Shown: one piece after another, positions 34,974 through 49,080 of the stretch
How the letters are laid out: the number at the start of each line of letters is the position of its first letter
Numbering within the stretch: the stretch's first letter is position 1
Assembly (NCBI GenBank): GCA_043228905.1
Contig: JBHGNT010000006.1
Location: forward strand, 8,122,001 to 8,186,000
Length of the DNA: 64,000 bases
Origin: Azolla caroliniana
Taxonomy: Eukaryota > Plantae > Polypodiophyta
Reading direction: 5' to 3'
Program-made: the position numbers and the translations under genes
The notes under the pieces: model-generated
Databases searched by the model: none
What the model saw: only the letters and a program-made list of their open reading frames with translations
Told to the model about the DNA's origin: nothing

Positions 34974-37900
34974 CTCTAAACATGTGAGAAAACAAAAATT
35001 CAAGAGCTTTTTCTCGATACATTCTTATACACACATCTAGCAATGGGCAATCTCTATGGAAAGTGCACAAATGCCTTCTTGTTTGCGATTGCTATCTCTC
35101 AATTCCAATGCACTTTGAAATCCACTGAGAGAATTCTATTTTGCCATATATATTGTGTGTATGCATAATGGAGATTTGTCACATCTCTCTTTAGTTTCAA
35201 TTTCTTCGAATTGTTGGTTTGTTTGTTGTGAGTTTAAATTGAGGCTTCTCATTAGGGGTGTAAGTTGTTACTAAACAAAATGAAAGAAAGAATCATATTG
35301 TGGACATTAGACAACTCTGATCCAATATTAAGAAGTCAAGAAGACAATGATTGAGTTCCATTGTGAAGAGTGAATGTAGAGTCTAGATATAATCCTTTGA
35401 CATGATAGAGCTATATATTTTGATTTGGCTATGAGCTTAATCTTCTGCTATGCAACTTTTGGAACATTCAGGAAGTGTTCAACTGTATTGATTGTTTACA
35501 AGAACACGATTTTTAATTACAAGCAGACAATTACAAGAATTATTATGAAGCTTTACAAGGAAACTGATGATGCTTTCTATGATGGTGCCCTCTTATATGA
35601 TACGTGAATGTAGCTGTGTTATTGTGAAACGAATTATGAACTGATCAATGAGATTGTCTTGTTTCTCAAATTTGAAGAACTGATGTTACAAACTTGGAAT
35701 TCTATAGTAGAATCTAGGAACAAAGGGGTATTCAATTCAAGGCATGCTTTGATTGTTTCTTAATCACGTCCACGTGACATAAGAGGCAATATGGAAATAA
35801 TGAATGTTATGGTGTGGTTTAGTATTATTTTCAATATAGAGGTTACATGGTAAACTTATTGAGGATAAATTAAAGTGCGACTAACATATGTTAGAAAGAA
35901 GTCATGTAATGTCAACAATGACTATTTACTCAATGTACAACACAATCTTAAAATGCAAAACCTTAGTTAGTTATGTACAGGTCATGTGGTTTAAAATATG
36001 GTAATACATATAGCCCATCCATAATACCAATTAATCTTAAGAAAAAATATGTGTGTTGATGATTGACGATTTGCTTCTTGTAACTTCGCGTGGTTATACA
36101 ATGCAAAACATGACAACAATATTTTAAAGGAACCTCACAAGATTCCCTTAATTTCAAATATTCTCCAAACTCATATCTTTATATATTAGTGCGTGCACAC
36201 TTTGTACATTCAACTATTGACTTGAGAGGGATATTTGAACTATTGACTCAAACCCATGTTTGATGTCATTTACAGACCCATAGTGAATCCTATCATTGAA
36301 AATTATATTCATGGTTGGCTCACCATGCAAAACATCATAGATACATTGTCGGGTCACTCACAAATGTCGGATCTTCTTTTAATGCATAGTGACCCATGAT
36401 TCTGAACATGGTTGTATAGTAAAAACAACTGTCTCACAAGATCAACAAATGAGGAATTGTATTTGTGCTAGATATCTTAGCTTTGAGGGGTTGGATTCTT
36501 ACTGGATTAACAAATGAACAATTTTATTTTATAGTCCATTTGAATACTATGATCTTCTCAATCTTTATGCAATCATCGAATCAAATGCATCCATGTGCCA
36601 TGTTTTAACCAATCCTAGTGTACTTGTAACCAAAACATGTACGATTACTAAAAATGCGCAAAGGATGGTAGGAACCTCATGCACACTTCTTGAGTTGTCA
36701 ATCAGCTCATTTGAATATAATTTATGAGCCTTCTATTTGCAATATTGATCCTTAGTTAGCTTACAAAGAAAGGAGGGATGTTTTTTGCAAGACACCATTA
36801 CCTTGCATTGGATGTACTAATAATGATTATACGTGTTGATAATATCCATTTGTATGAGAATGAAAGTGCAAGAAATTTGTGCACTCACTCAATGCACCGA
36901 TTTTAGTGCCATGAGACCAGGTCTACAATTCACTATCTTTAGGTATACAACTATATGTAGTATGTATATGTGACCAAGTGAAAAGAACGTGGGCCCAGAT
37001 ATTTTAAAAGATATGAAGATGCAATTGAATATACTTATAGCTAGAAATAGATGGCATTCAAGCTCATGTGGAAAAGACCACACGATAAAGACCAAGGTCG
37101 CATTGTTGATGACATGGTATTCCTTCTCTTGCTCGTTGCTCATAATGTCGTCCACACTCAAGTGCGATCTTAAGAGTGTAGGTATATTATCTTCATTCCG
37201 CTCATTATCTTGTCCTCACTCAAGTGTGACCTTAAGACTATAGGTACATTATCTTCATTCAATAACTTTAACGATTTGATCTTCTCTATGTGGAATATTG
37301 CTCTCCAACTTTCTTCTCTTTTTATTGAGTGCTCAGATATATTGCAGATTGAATGTACCATGAAAATTGGGGGCCATAAAAGACAATATCCCTCTCACCT
37401 CGGAAATCTCACTTTGAGCATAAATTGACAAATAGTTTTTGCTTCGTTACAAAAAATATATTGCACCATGGTGTTAGTTGGAGGACCGGGAAAATATTTT
37501 TAACATTATCGTTATTGTTTGAGTCATTGGCAACCATCTATTTGAAAGCAAACAATTTTGATAAAAGAAGTGCTAGAAACCTGTAGGCAACAAAGCCCAC
37601 CCATCGACTTTGTCAAATGTGTCAAATGTTTACAAATAAAACAATTTTACTTAGTTGATCAATACACTTGTTGCACCATCAAATGGAATTGTTAAATTAA
37701 TGTTCGTAGTTAACACCCGACTCACTTCTTGACTTGATGCTATATTGATGCTCAAATTCCCATTTCCGTAAAATTGTCTAAACAACAATTGAACTTGGAC
37801 AAAATCTAGGCATATAATGTCGAAGCATACCAAATGAGTGGAACGGAGCATGATCCAAAGAAAACCAATTGATGTCCAATGATCAAATGTGAAACATTGA

Positions 37901-39026
37901 CACATGCCTCCTATAGAATTATCTCTTCAAACCCCCCTTTTCTTTCTTCCACCAATGGTTTATATTATGCCTAATGTGATTTACATGATACATGGACGCT
38001 TTCAAACATCTTAACAACTTCAACATAGATTTTTACCTTTTCCAATTGCTCTTAGGTTGCCAAGACATAAATATCTCCCAACACATTGCCAAGTATAGTA
38101 CAACATGTTTTTCTAGCAATCCCTTGTCAATGATCTCCTTATGAACTTCCTTTCCCTTATCAACAACTTGTACATACCCATTAGACAACTCTTCAGACAA
38201 TACCCTTAATTAATATCCTTCCACATATCCTTGAAGCTCATGCCGTCATGTGTTTCGTATGCAAATTCTAGCATGCACTTTAACACTCATAAGAATGACA
38301 TGAGTTCTAGCTCATTCGCTATGTTGATCTTCAATGTAAATGACAAAAGAGATTGTGAAAGATATAGGTCATGGCATTGAGATATTGTTTAAACATTGTG
38401 GAAAAATAACATGTTTATAAAACTTTCAGGGAAGTTGAAATGTTTGTTAGCATGATATTGCAATTAGTAATGGTTACACATATACTCATGGAAGATTAAA
38501 TAAGCAAGTTAGTTTGTTATGAAGCTTGACATGGTGTTTTATAAGGATATGGAGAGCCCTTAATACATCAATAACCATGGTGAAAAGATGAACAAGCTTG
38601 ACACTTTGATTATGGATTATAAGGATATTGGAGAGTCCTTGAATCTACTAAACAAATATTTGCATAAATACAACCCTAGAAAGGGCAAGAATATTGTATA
38701 TGATTTGAATGAAGTTTAGGAGTAACATCGTATTTAAAGTCATAACAACATGTATGTACATGTTGCACAAGAGAAAAGGTTTCAAGCGATTGTATGTGCT
38801 ACAACTAGTTAGACACACATGAGGAAAGATCACAAAACTAACCACCAAACCTATTTGTTGTTATAAGGATGTTGCATAAAGAGGTAGGAGAATCTATCTT
38901 GCCTATAATTATTGAGAGGAACATGTACATGACCAAGGACATGGTAATTGTCCCCTACATTGCGTGGGGATAAGTCATGTGTTTATATCCATGAAATTGC
39001 TTGAAAGAGGGCTAGAAAAGCTTAAA

Positions 39027-41652
39027 CTAACATGTCGACCCAGATTTGCAACGTAGAGCTCCAGCATCCGCGGTGAGGATTGCAACAAGTGACGAAGGTT
39101 TTGCCAATCCACCTACCGATGCGGCCTTCTCGTAATTCGAATTAAAAGCGCCGTCACCAGAAGTTACAAAGAAAGCCCCATTGACAAGCAAATCTCCCTC
39201 AGAACGCCAATCCCATGTCTCCCATTGGCTCTCTTTTGTGTCCATCCTCATTGTAACCTTCCAATACATTTTCGCACATATATATTGTTAGTCTATCTAT
39301 ATATTTGGACTCCTAATATTTTCAAGAACTATATGGATATATCATATAATGTAATATTGCGAGTGGAAATCTCATAAACCCTAGAAATGATTAGATTTCC
39401 TTGCTAAAATTTCCCTTACATTTCTTATGGAGCCCTTGGACTTCTTTCCAAGTTTTACTATGTTTCAAAAGGCCCTATCATAGTAATTCCTAGGTGAGGA
39501 ATGCACATTCACAACTTGAGCCTCACTAATGAACAAAACAAAATTATCCATGATCAAATGTTAACTTTGTAATAAAAAACTTACATCCTTAGCAAATGGA
39601 TTCATTGGGGCAGTGTATCGGTTGCCTTTACTACTGACAGTAGGCGCGGCGCTACCTCCGATGGCATACATTTCCCAGTGAGTGTAGTCATTGTTTATGA
39701 TCTCGAAGAATCCATGACGACATCTTCACATCATCGTTCAAAGAAGAGGACTAGATGTTGAGTACATGTTGGCATAAGTGTTAAACAAACAAAACGACAT
39801 TGTAAATGGGGAAATATATTTTGATGATTAAAGGATACAAACTATAACTCTCACATATGTAACTCAAATGGGGAAAATCTAAGGAGAATCACATGGGTTG
39901 CATTGGTATGTACATTATAGTGTGGGGAAAACTCCAATTTACTCATGTCCATGTTTTTTGTTACTTTCTGAGTGACGGCCCTAAGTTGTCCATTTTCAAA
40001 AGACTTCTCGAATAATATTAAAGAGTGACAACTTATCTATACCTCGGCATACGTTGGACACATCCTTCTCCAAAATGATTGAACGCAATTGTGACTTGCA
40101 TTGACTTGTCCGCAATGTATTCATCGCTATGTCCGAGAAGCATGACCTGACTCAAGATGATCACAACACAAGAAAAATTGGGTATTTCAAACTTACACCA
40201 TCGATCGAAAGTGAAAATTTAAGTAACATTTAAACATATTTAAAAAAGCATAATGGCATGTAAATGCCAGTCATTTTTGTCTGAGACGCCCACGATTAAT
40301 CTACGGGGACGGACGTGAATTAAATGTATGTCAAGTTTGTTCAAAGCATCAAACACCCACACATGATTAATCTATGTCGTCGATCTTTTGTTTCGAAGAT
40401 CAAACATCCATGAAGAATCTACGGGGTACGTGAATGAATCTACGGGATGAACGTTTGTTCAAGATCGGTGTCTAGGCGTCGGGAAAACTTTCCTTAGAAT
40501 GAAAATGCGTGTTTTTCGGGACACTAGACACTCGACCACCTAGTAGAAGTAGTAGGCCAAACCTTGTTGTGTTGAGAGAAGTAGCTGTTGGACACGGTGA
40601 TGGCGGTGGAGCCCATGATGGCGTCGAGGAGACCATCGGAGCATCGGGCGAGGGACACGTGGTCGACCCACACGTGCCTCGCGCCGAACAAGGAGATGCC
40701 GTCGCCGTCCGAGAGGGTCCTCCACCCGTAGTGTCCGGGGGAGCTCCGGACCATGGCGCGTCCGGTGCGCCTACAATCGTGGATGTGGACCCCGTGGACG
40801 ATCACATTGGTCACGTATTGGATCGTGATGCACGCCCCGCCCGCGATGTGGACCTCGTGCCCGCGCCCGTCGATCGTCTTGTAGCTATTCACCAGGAGCT
40901 CTTGCCGGAGCTGGATGGTCATGTCGGCCGAGAAGACGATCCAGAGGGGCTCCTCCTGGATGGCCGCGTGCCGGAGGGTTCCCGGGATTGGGTCCACGGG
41001 GTCCGGGTCCGACGGGTCGGTCACGACATAGAGACGGCCGTGCTTCCCACCCGTCGCGTCCCGCCCGAACCCGATCCCACAATCCGCGAGCCGCTTGCGG
41101 TTCGTTTCCCACTCGGGATCGCACCTCCAGCAGTCATCGATCGGGTTCCCCGTAGCCATAGCCGTAGCGCAAGAAGATGCCGGGATGACCTCCATGCCTG
41201 CAGGAGAAAGCAGGCTCTTGCTACTTGCATTGCCATAATCGCTCAACCCTAGGCTTCTGAAACAAAACCAGATTAAATTTTTAAGAATCCCAATTTCTTC
41301 GTTTTCTATGATTTAAAGCTTCCTAATTCCTAAGTCTCTCCAATGCCACTTTCTTCTAATGTCAATTAGCTTTGCAATTAATTGCTCAACTTAGCGGGTG
41401 GGAGAAAGAAAGGAAAAGTACATGTGCAATCTTTTCAGATGGAATTACAGCGTGCTGACCTAATTTAGTGATGAGAAACGAAGGGAGAACGAAGAGTTTC
41501 TGTTACCTCTTGAATGTGCCATCATCAGATCGAGGAGCAACAGCGCCTTCATGCCAAGCATATGATTTAGTGATAAGAATACAAGAGATTAGTGAGAAAA
41601 CAATGAATCTGATATTTTCAGCGCTGATGAGGTCATGAAGAGTATTAGCCAT
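39027..41652 (-). CDS. Pectate lyase-like protein (polysaccharide lyase family 1); exons 41652-41507, 41256-40563, 40146-40043, 39723-39585, 39257-39027
   Basis: In-frame GT-AG exons and a hydrophobic N-terminal signal-like segment. Motifs [71 protein letters not shown] and [14 protein letters not shown]. Confidence 0.96.
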
Positions 41653-41664
41653 AACGTAAAGGAA

Positions 41665-42025
41665 GTGACCAGTGATTAGTGATTTTCAATTAGGGATCAG
41701 TGATTCGTGATTCGTGATTAGCGATTAGCGACAAGTACTTATTGATTAGTGATTAGTTACTAGCGATTTGTGACAAGTACCTATTGATTAGTGATTAGTT
41801 ATTAGCGTTTAGTGGCTAGATATTTATGACTAATAATTAGTGGCTAGAGATTTGCCACTACCTAGCTATTGATTAGTGGCTAGTGACTAGTTGCTAGAGC
41901 TTTGTGACTAGTGATAAGTGGCTAGTGACCAGTGACTAATGATTAGTAATTAGTGGGTGGTGATTAGTGGATAGTGATTAGTGACTGGTGATTAGTGACT
42001 AACGATTAGTGAGTACTGACTAGTG
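41665..42025 (+). repeat. Degenerate 7-mer minisatellite (TTAGTGA/CTAGTGA/TTAGTGG) directly upstream of the pectate lyase ATG
   Basis: Dozens of AGTGATT, AGTGGCT, AGTGACT and AGCGATT units. Confidence 0.88.
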
Positions 42026-42851
42026 AGGATGAGGAAAAGCCTATTTTTAATCCCTTCTTATAATGTCTCACATCACCCAATATATTGCAATAGCTATAGT
42101 AATCCCACCACCCTTTAGGAGGGCTTTCACATGCACTAGTTCCCAACCATGACACTTTCACACTTACGATTGCCTTCCGACTACGTAGCAGTCCTCCTCG
42201 TGTTTGTTCCCGCTTCGGAAAGATCTTGCGTTGCTCATATTTGTCACGAACCGTGTTCGCATTAGCGCTCAAGACATCGACTCCTCAATGTTGAGCCCAT
42301 TCTCAAGGTGTATGCTCCCCACCTAGCATCTCATGTGCTCCCTTTGCCTAGTGTGTCTTGACACACCTGCCGTCATGGTCTTTCTCGTGTGATCCCTTTG
42401 CCTAGTGTGTCCTCACACACACCTGGTATCATGGTCTTTCTCCAATGCTTAATATAGATCACTTCATTTTCATCGAGCCCTCATCTTCTAGCCCCATTCG
42501 ATGTTCACTTGCATCCATGCTTTAGACCGTGGTTATTACCAATAATACATCAAGGTAATGATTACAAGCTTTCTTTCATACTAAGACACAACAACGTAGT
42601 ATTGTCCCAATCATTCTATGTTAGTTACTTGAACCCTCCATTCTTCTTGGACTAACTTCTAGCCAAGCCAATCTTTTGTGCCAAGGGGGGTTAAGGAATT
42701 GATTTTGCTTATTGGTTAATTCACATACATAAGGAAGCATAAAAGGTTATAATAAGCAGATGTGAAAGAGTATTCAATTTCTTCATGGTGTATGTGGGAA
42801 ATGTATGGCACGAGAAGGTATGGAGATGCGCCCAAAGCAGGGAAAGTTCTG

Positions 42852-43245
42852 TACATTATGGAAGGAGCATAACTCTCCTTGTTTTGACACAAGAAATCTC
42901 ATCCATGTAGAGAAGGAAGAATAAAATCTTATAATACATACATGTGAAAGAGTATTCTATATGTGTGTGTGTGTGTGTGTGTGCGCGCACGTGTGTGCAA
43001 CGTACAACACTAGAAGGTGTCGACATTTGCTCAAATGGAGAAAACTCGTCTACATTATGGAAGGAGCATAACTCCACTTGTTTTGACACATGAAATCTCA
43101 TCCATGTAGAGAAGGAAGCATAAAATCTTAATCGTATAATAGACACAATATGGAATCGAGAATTGTTGAAAAGGGAAGAATCTTCCTCCGCTACATTATG
43201 GAAGGAGCATAACTATGGACTTGTTTTGACAAAAGAAATCTCTTC
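42852..43245. repeat. Three interspersed direct repeats of about 55-90 bp
   Basis: TACATTATGGAAGGAGCATAACT..TTGTTTTGACA..GAAATCTC near 42852, 43051 and 43192. Confidence 0.85.
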
Positions 43246-45660
43246 CTACAGACATCACATTCACATGTCGAAACTAACCATACAATGACTATGCGTATTT
43301 ATACTCTAAAAATTAGCATTAGCCAACTTCTCGCATCAATTACTTAAGTGATGATACCTTGTAAAAACTTTAAGAAGTAATGTGGAATGTTAAACTAAAA
43401 TGTGTCAAACGCTACTATGTGATAGAACTTGAGTTTTGACTCAAAAAAATGAGATAGTGGTTCGTTATTTCATTAGTGTGGTTTGAAATGGTCTTGGACA
43501 TGTTTAGTCATGGGTTTCAATCAAGCGTATTATAGGCTAACAATCTTGTTAAACCAGAATGTTACTTGCTCAAATTGCCACAATAATTGCACAATTTACA
43601 GCATAAACAAACTTCTTAACAAACCGAGAGCCTTGTGGTTCAAGTTTCCACAAAAGTTATGATTTTTCAATAGTGGTTGTTGCTAGATGTGCGTTATAGT
43701 TCTGGGGCCTGGCTACCATTAGAATACCTTTAATAAATGAACAAATAAACCTTTCTGCCTGAATGTATTTAGCGTGCACGTAAGGTACATGTATCATATA
43801 TACATACAAATGTGTGTATGCACAAACAAAAATATCTTTTAAATGACTACATGCACATCTTTAGAAGTGCAAAAAGCGCTCACATAAATTTACCTAAATT
43901 GTAGCTAATGCGAGAGTAAATGAAATCAAACCATGGTTCGCCATAGATCACACATATGGAACACAATGTCCTTCTAGGCACATGCAAACTCCATGCATTT
44001 AAATTGCATCATTTGTGCATGTACATACATATTATTGATTTTATAGCACCGAGTTATTGATCAAACTTTGCGGTTTTTTTATAGGAGTATACAAACAAAA
44101 GTTATTCGTCAAATTTGGCTTTTGTATATGAAGTAGGGAGACCTACTTATTCTCTATCATTGAGAAAAGTTTTGCTTCATCTTTTTCAAATTACATGTAT
44201 ATTCTTCACGACAAAGTGATTCCCGAGATAGATTACAGAATCAACAATAGCCAAGGCCTACCAAATCCTAGTATGTTCTAAATATTTCTACACAATCGTA
44301 ATATGCCAAAGATTAAATATCAATTATTACCATCTTTTAGTTAGCTTGGAGTTGTGTGAATTTTGGCTTCCATATCTTCGATATGACCAATCCTTTTAAT
44401 GTTCTTTGAAAGTAATATGCATGTGTACATATTGCTTCACATACATGTGCTTGGTTTGTGTTTAATATGCAAAAATAATAGTGGCCTTTTAGAGTGAATT
44501 GCAACAACAAATGGAATGTATAAATGCATATAATATCAACAAAGGGCTAAATAAATGCAATGCAAATTCTACCTTGCCAAATGTAAACACACTATCAAAA
44601 GGAACTATACCCTAAACCAACATTGTACACATGCAAATTACGGTTGATCAAGATGGACATTTAGAACGATAATGATCTTATTTTATGAGAAAAATGACAC
44701 TTTTCGTTTATGTTTTTACCTAAATCAATTACGACATGTTAAATTTGTGTGGTTCTTAGACCTCATCAAATGGTTGAGACTTCATCGATCAGTTCCAACA
44801 TTGGGAAAACACATTGTCTAATGAATAATGATCTTATATGGATATAGATCAATAACATGGGCTGAAGTGCTTCCATCAAGAATTTGGTCAAGCCAAGCTT
44901 TCAAAATAAAATTTCTATCATGGCATTGTGTAAGAAAATTGATGAAATCAGTTCATAGAGAGAACATGCGCACAACAACTTGTAGATGTTTCAGAAACCA
45001 AGACCCAACATAAAAAATGGTATTCAAGTGAAAAAGTTGTTCTATGGCTTCATAGGGTTTGACAAAAGGTCACCAAAATGTCTTCATTGCATTGAGTCAT
45101 CTCTTGTAAAAACAACACATAAATCAACAATGAAATGTTTCTGGGCATTTTTATCACGCAACTTTTTAAGAGACATGCACATCTGGGCCATGTTAAACCT
45201 TACATATACATAGTGTTGGTACTCAATACATGGGGGTGATGCACGAGGTGGGAGACAAGCATGATGCATGATGTCTCCATCTAAAAATTTATGAATAATA
45301 ACCATTGGATAAATGTGTTAGTAAATAATGTCATTATTTCCCGACTGTTTAAACAAGCTAAACATGTACATTTGCTTTTGTATGGCTCTCAAATGGTTAC
45401 CTAGAGTGGATCATTAGGTTATGACTCCAATCCCCTACAATTAGAATTGAAATTTGATAAACTTAAGGGTTTCTTAATATGTAGTTGGATACAGATCTAC
45501 AAGTCCACGGTAGCATTTGTACAAGAAGTATAGGTATCCAAACCAATCTATTACTAACATGTATGGAACACTACCACAAACTCCATTAAATTTGGCCATT
45601 CCCTTCGCTTTATATTCTATAGTATGAAGAGGGTCCATATGTCACCTTGTAAAAATAACA

Positions 45661-48600
45661 GACGACAAGGTCAACCGTCATTTCTTTCACTCTAGGGCAC
45701 CCAAGGGTGGTGGTGGACATATACAAGGGTTGCGCAAACCCGACGGCTCAATAACGGAGGACAAGGATGAGATTCTGCATATGGCAACCCAATATTATCG
45801 CAACCTGCTCGCACCTATGCATATGCAGCAAAACACGGAGCTGGGTGAGAGAGTGATGGCTTCCATTCACCCCAAGGTCACCCATGAGATGGAAGGTGTG
45901 CTCGATAGCCCCATTTCTCGATTAGAACTCTCAGAGGCACTTCAGGATTTGCGGAGAGGAGCATGCCCCGGCCCTGATGCTCTCTCACGAGACTTTTTTG
46001 AGATTCATTGGGAAACCGTTATCCCGGCAGTGGAAGCCGGGATTCAAGAGATTTGGTCCTCAGGAGTAATGCCAACTGGACTGGCGGAGGGGATGATCTA
46101 TCTCATCCCTAAAGGGGCAGGGCAAAGCCTCAGGCTGCGGCAATGGCGTCCAATCACGATCCTTAACACAATATAGAAGATACTCGCAAAAGTCCTAGCT
46201 AGGCGGATAGCAAGCTTCCTACCGGACATCATACATGAGAATCAAATAGGGTTTATCAGGGGTAGGTGTATCTTTGATAATGTGTTGCTTCTCTGGGAAG
46301 TTATGGCATTGGCAGATCGCATCGCATCGAGCTCGGCTATTCTGATGTTAGACTTTGAGAAGGCCTACGACGGGGTGTTATGGCCCTTTTTGGAAAGAGT
46401 GATGAGAGCTATGGGCCTTCCCCCCTCAATGGAGGAAGTGCACTTCTACACTTTATCGAACTGCTACCAGTAGCGTGTTGGTATTTGGTGCAAGGGGCCC
46501 CGCCTTCCAACTACATTGCTCAGTGAGGCAAGGTTGTCCCCTAGCCCCATATCTCTATCTCTTTGTAACTGAGGCTTTCTCAGCCTACTTACAAGCACCA
46601 AGCAACAGACTGAGGGGATTGCCCATCCCCAATGTGACTGAGGATCTTCTGTTATCTGAATATGTCGACGATACGTTCCTTTTTTTGAAGGGCAATGATG
46701 CAAATTTGCAGCGAGCTAAACATCTTGTTGAAGAATTTGGTCAAGCTACCGGTGCCAAGATCAATTGGGATAAAACCCAAGGCCTCTGGTTCAGCGAACA
46801 AGAGAAGCCAAGGTGGCATCCCCATGCTGATTTTGCATGGGTCCCTGATGGGACGACATTCAAGTACCTCGGATTTACGATGGGGAGGGCAATCCCCAAG
46901 GGAGCACAATTGTCACATGTGCAAGCCAAACTAAGCAAGAAGTTGAACCAGTGGAGCAGGTCTAAACTATCATTTGTTGGTAGGGTTCTTATTGCGAACC
47001 AAGTGATGCTCGCCACCATGTGGCACTCAGTCTCGTGCTGGATTATGGACCCTTCAGGCTTGCGCGCGGTTAAGGCTGCCATCAGGGGGTTTATATGGTC
47101 AAGGAAGGACAACCTGATAGCTGTTATCAGGGGGTTTATATGGTCAGGTAAGGACAACCCGATAGCTGCCGCCAGAGTGTCATGGCATTGGTTAACACAA
47201 CCGCGGGCCAAAGGGGGGCTTAGCCTCATAGACCCCTTAATGCAGAGCCGAGCATTGCTAGCCAAAATGGTGGTTCGCTGCCTCCTGCCAAGTAGGGGGT
47301 GTTGGAAGGTTCTACTTCGCAATAGGTTGCAGGCAGGGACTCCCAAGTATGGTAGGCCTTGGCCCGACTCCTTGAATTGGTGTTGCACGAGCGGCGTCCC
47401 ACCCAAGATGGTTTGTCTTCCGGAGGAGAGGGTCACGAACTCCATCTTGCAGGCATGGTGTAACGTACGACATCATTTGGTCAAGCACACGCCGGAGACA
47501 CTAACCAAGTAGTCTAGACAACCATTATTTTGGAACCCTCAGGTGCGAACAAGTGACGACATGATGTTAGGCCAGGTTAAGGGCCTAGCATGGGGAAAGC
47601 TAGCACAAACAAGGCTTCACTCTTTAGATGATTGGAGACGCATAGTGGCTTTAGGAGGAGCCCAGGAGGTCCCATTCCCTCCCCTCAAGGGAGCCATGAA
47701 AATGCGGAGATTGCTAGTTGAGGCAGTTGATAGGGTTCTGATGGGGGAGCTGAGAGAAGATGCTTGGTTCAGTCTCTTTGATGAGGCTGGAAGGGTTAAG
47801 GCGCTTAAGGGCGTGAGCGGATCGGGAAGAGATAGGATTTTTGGGGAGAGTCCAAGTAGGGGTTCTTGGCACCCTATCCGCGTGGTGGCGCAGGTTGGTA
47901 ACAGCTGGAAGACAGACTCGGATGTTGCTACGGTGGAACCCCTTTCAAAGTTATGGGTATATGGTTGTCGTCCCCTCGTCGAACTAGAATGGGACCCAGG
48001 GGATTTCAGGTAGAAACACGATGGCAGTTTTCACCATTTCTTCAAATACAACACTAAACTCGGTTGGGCTTTTCAACTACAGCTAGACGGCCCCCTACGC
48101 AATGGCTGGCGTACATTGGGCATTCCTGATGAGGTGCACATTACCTTTTGGAAGGGTTTCTGGCGTCTCCACTTGCCAGAAAAGATAAAGTTTTTTTGGT
48201 GGCAAATCGGTCATAATGTGATTCTCGTTGGCAAATGGCTGGGTAAACGTGACAACCTGTTAGGTTGCCCACTTTGCCATTCACCTATTGAGACTCTGAG
48301 GCATTGTCTGTGGGATTGCCCTCACGCTCAAAAGGTACGGGATAAAGTGACTCGCCTCCTTGTGGCATGTGAAGTGGAAGGAACAGCATCGTGGAGTGTT
48401 GCGGGATGGCTTGATCACTCTAGTGATAGGTGGACGGATGCCTTTAATGCGGATAGTTGGTGTTATATATGCATGAGAGGAAAAATTGCCAAGATTCGAT
48501 TTGAGAGAGCCATGTAGTCTGCATCCCCTAGGTTCCCGGACATTTGGATGCTAATCGCAGGCTTCACCCTGTGCTATGTATGGAAAGCGCGTTGCCTAAA

Positions 48601-49080
48601 GGTCTTCCAAGATTTGGTGCGACCTCTAGAGGAAGTGATCATGGACATATGGTTTGCGCTTATTAGCTGCCTACGAGGGCAATTAGACGAGGTTTGCAAC
48701 CATTCCTCTAACGTGGGTACTGCCCGTTTGCACTTTTGGCAGAAATGGTGAAACATGCCTATGGTGACACAAGGAGGTAGTGGCCCGAGGTGGAACTACC
48801 AGCCCCCACGCTGGCTGTTTCCGGCTCACTTACCACCCTCCCTCTTTTGTCGACCCCAAGAGTTGTCTCGTACTAGCCATCACTACAAGGCATTGTTTTA
48901 GCTGTAGGTACTTACAATAAGTAGTCAGTCCGAAAGGCGATGTAACTAGTCTCAATTTCTTGAACTTGATCTAAGGAGGATTCCCCGATCTCTATTTAAG
49001 CCTCCTTGTATAGTCTCTTTGTAATAATCCTATCTAACCAATGGGAAAGCAACTTCATTTTGGAAAAAAAAAAAAAAAAA
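45661..49080 (+). mobile_element. 5'-truncated L1-clade LINE (RT, zf-RVT-like region, poly-A tail)
   Basis: CPGPD, WRPITILN, LDFEKAYD, VRQGCPLAPYL, YVDD, KYLG and CPLC..ETLRHCLWDC motifs with several stops. An A-tail lies at about 49063-49080. No clear TSD. Confidence 0.92.

Noticed and set aside
40509-41252. 247-aa plus-strand ORF
   Set aside because: Antisense shadow of the GC-rich pectate lyase exon 2.
44520-45310. Possible decayed gene on the minus strand
   Set aside because: Only short ambiguous peptide fragments; no family could be supported.
46741-47445. 234-aa minus-strand ORF
   Set aside because: Antisense to L1 ORF2; no independent evidence.
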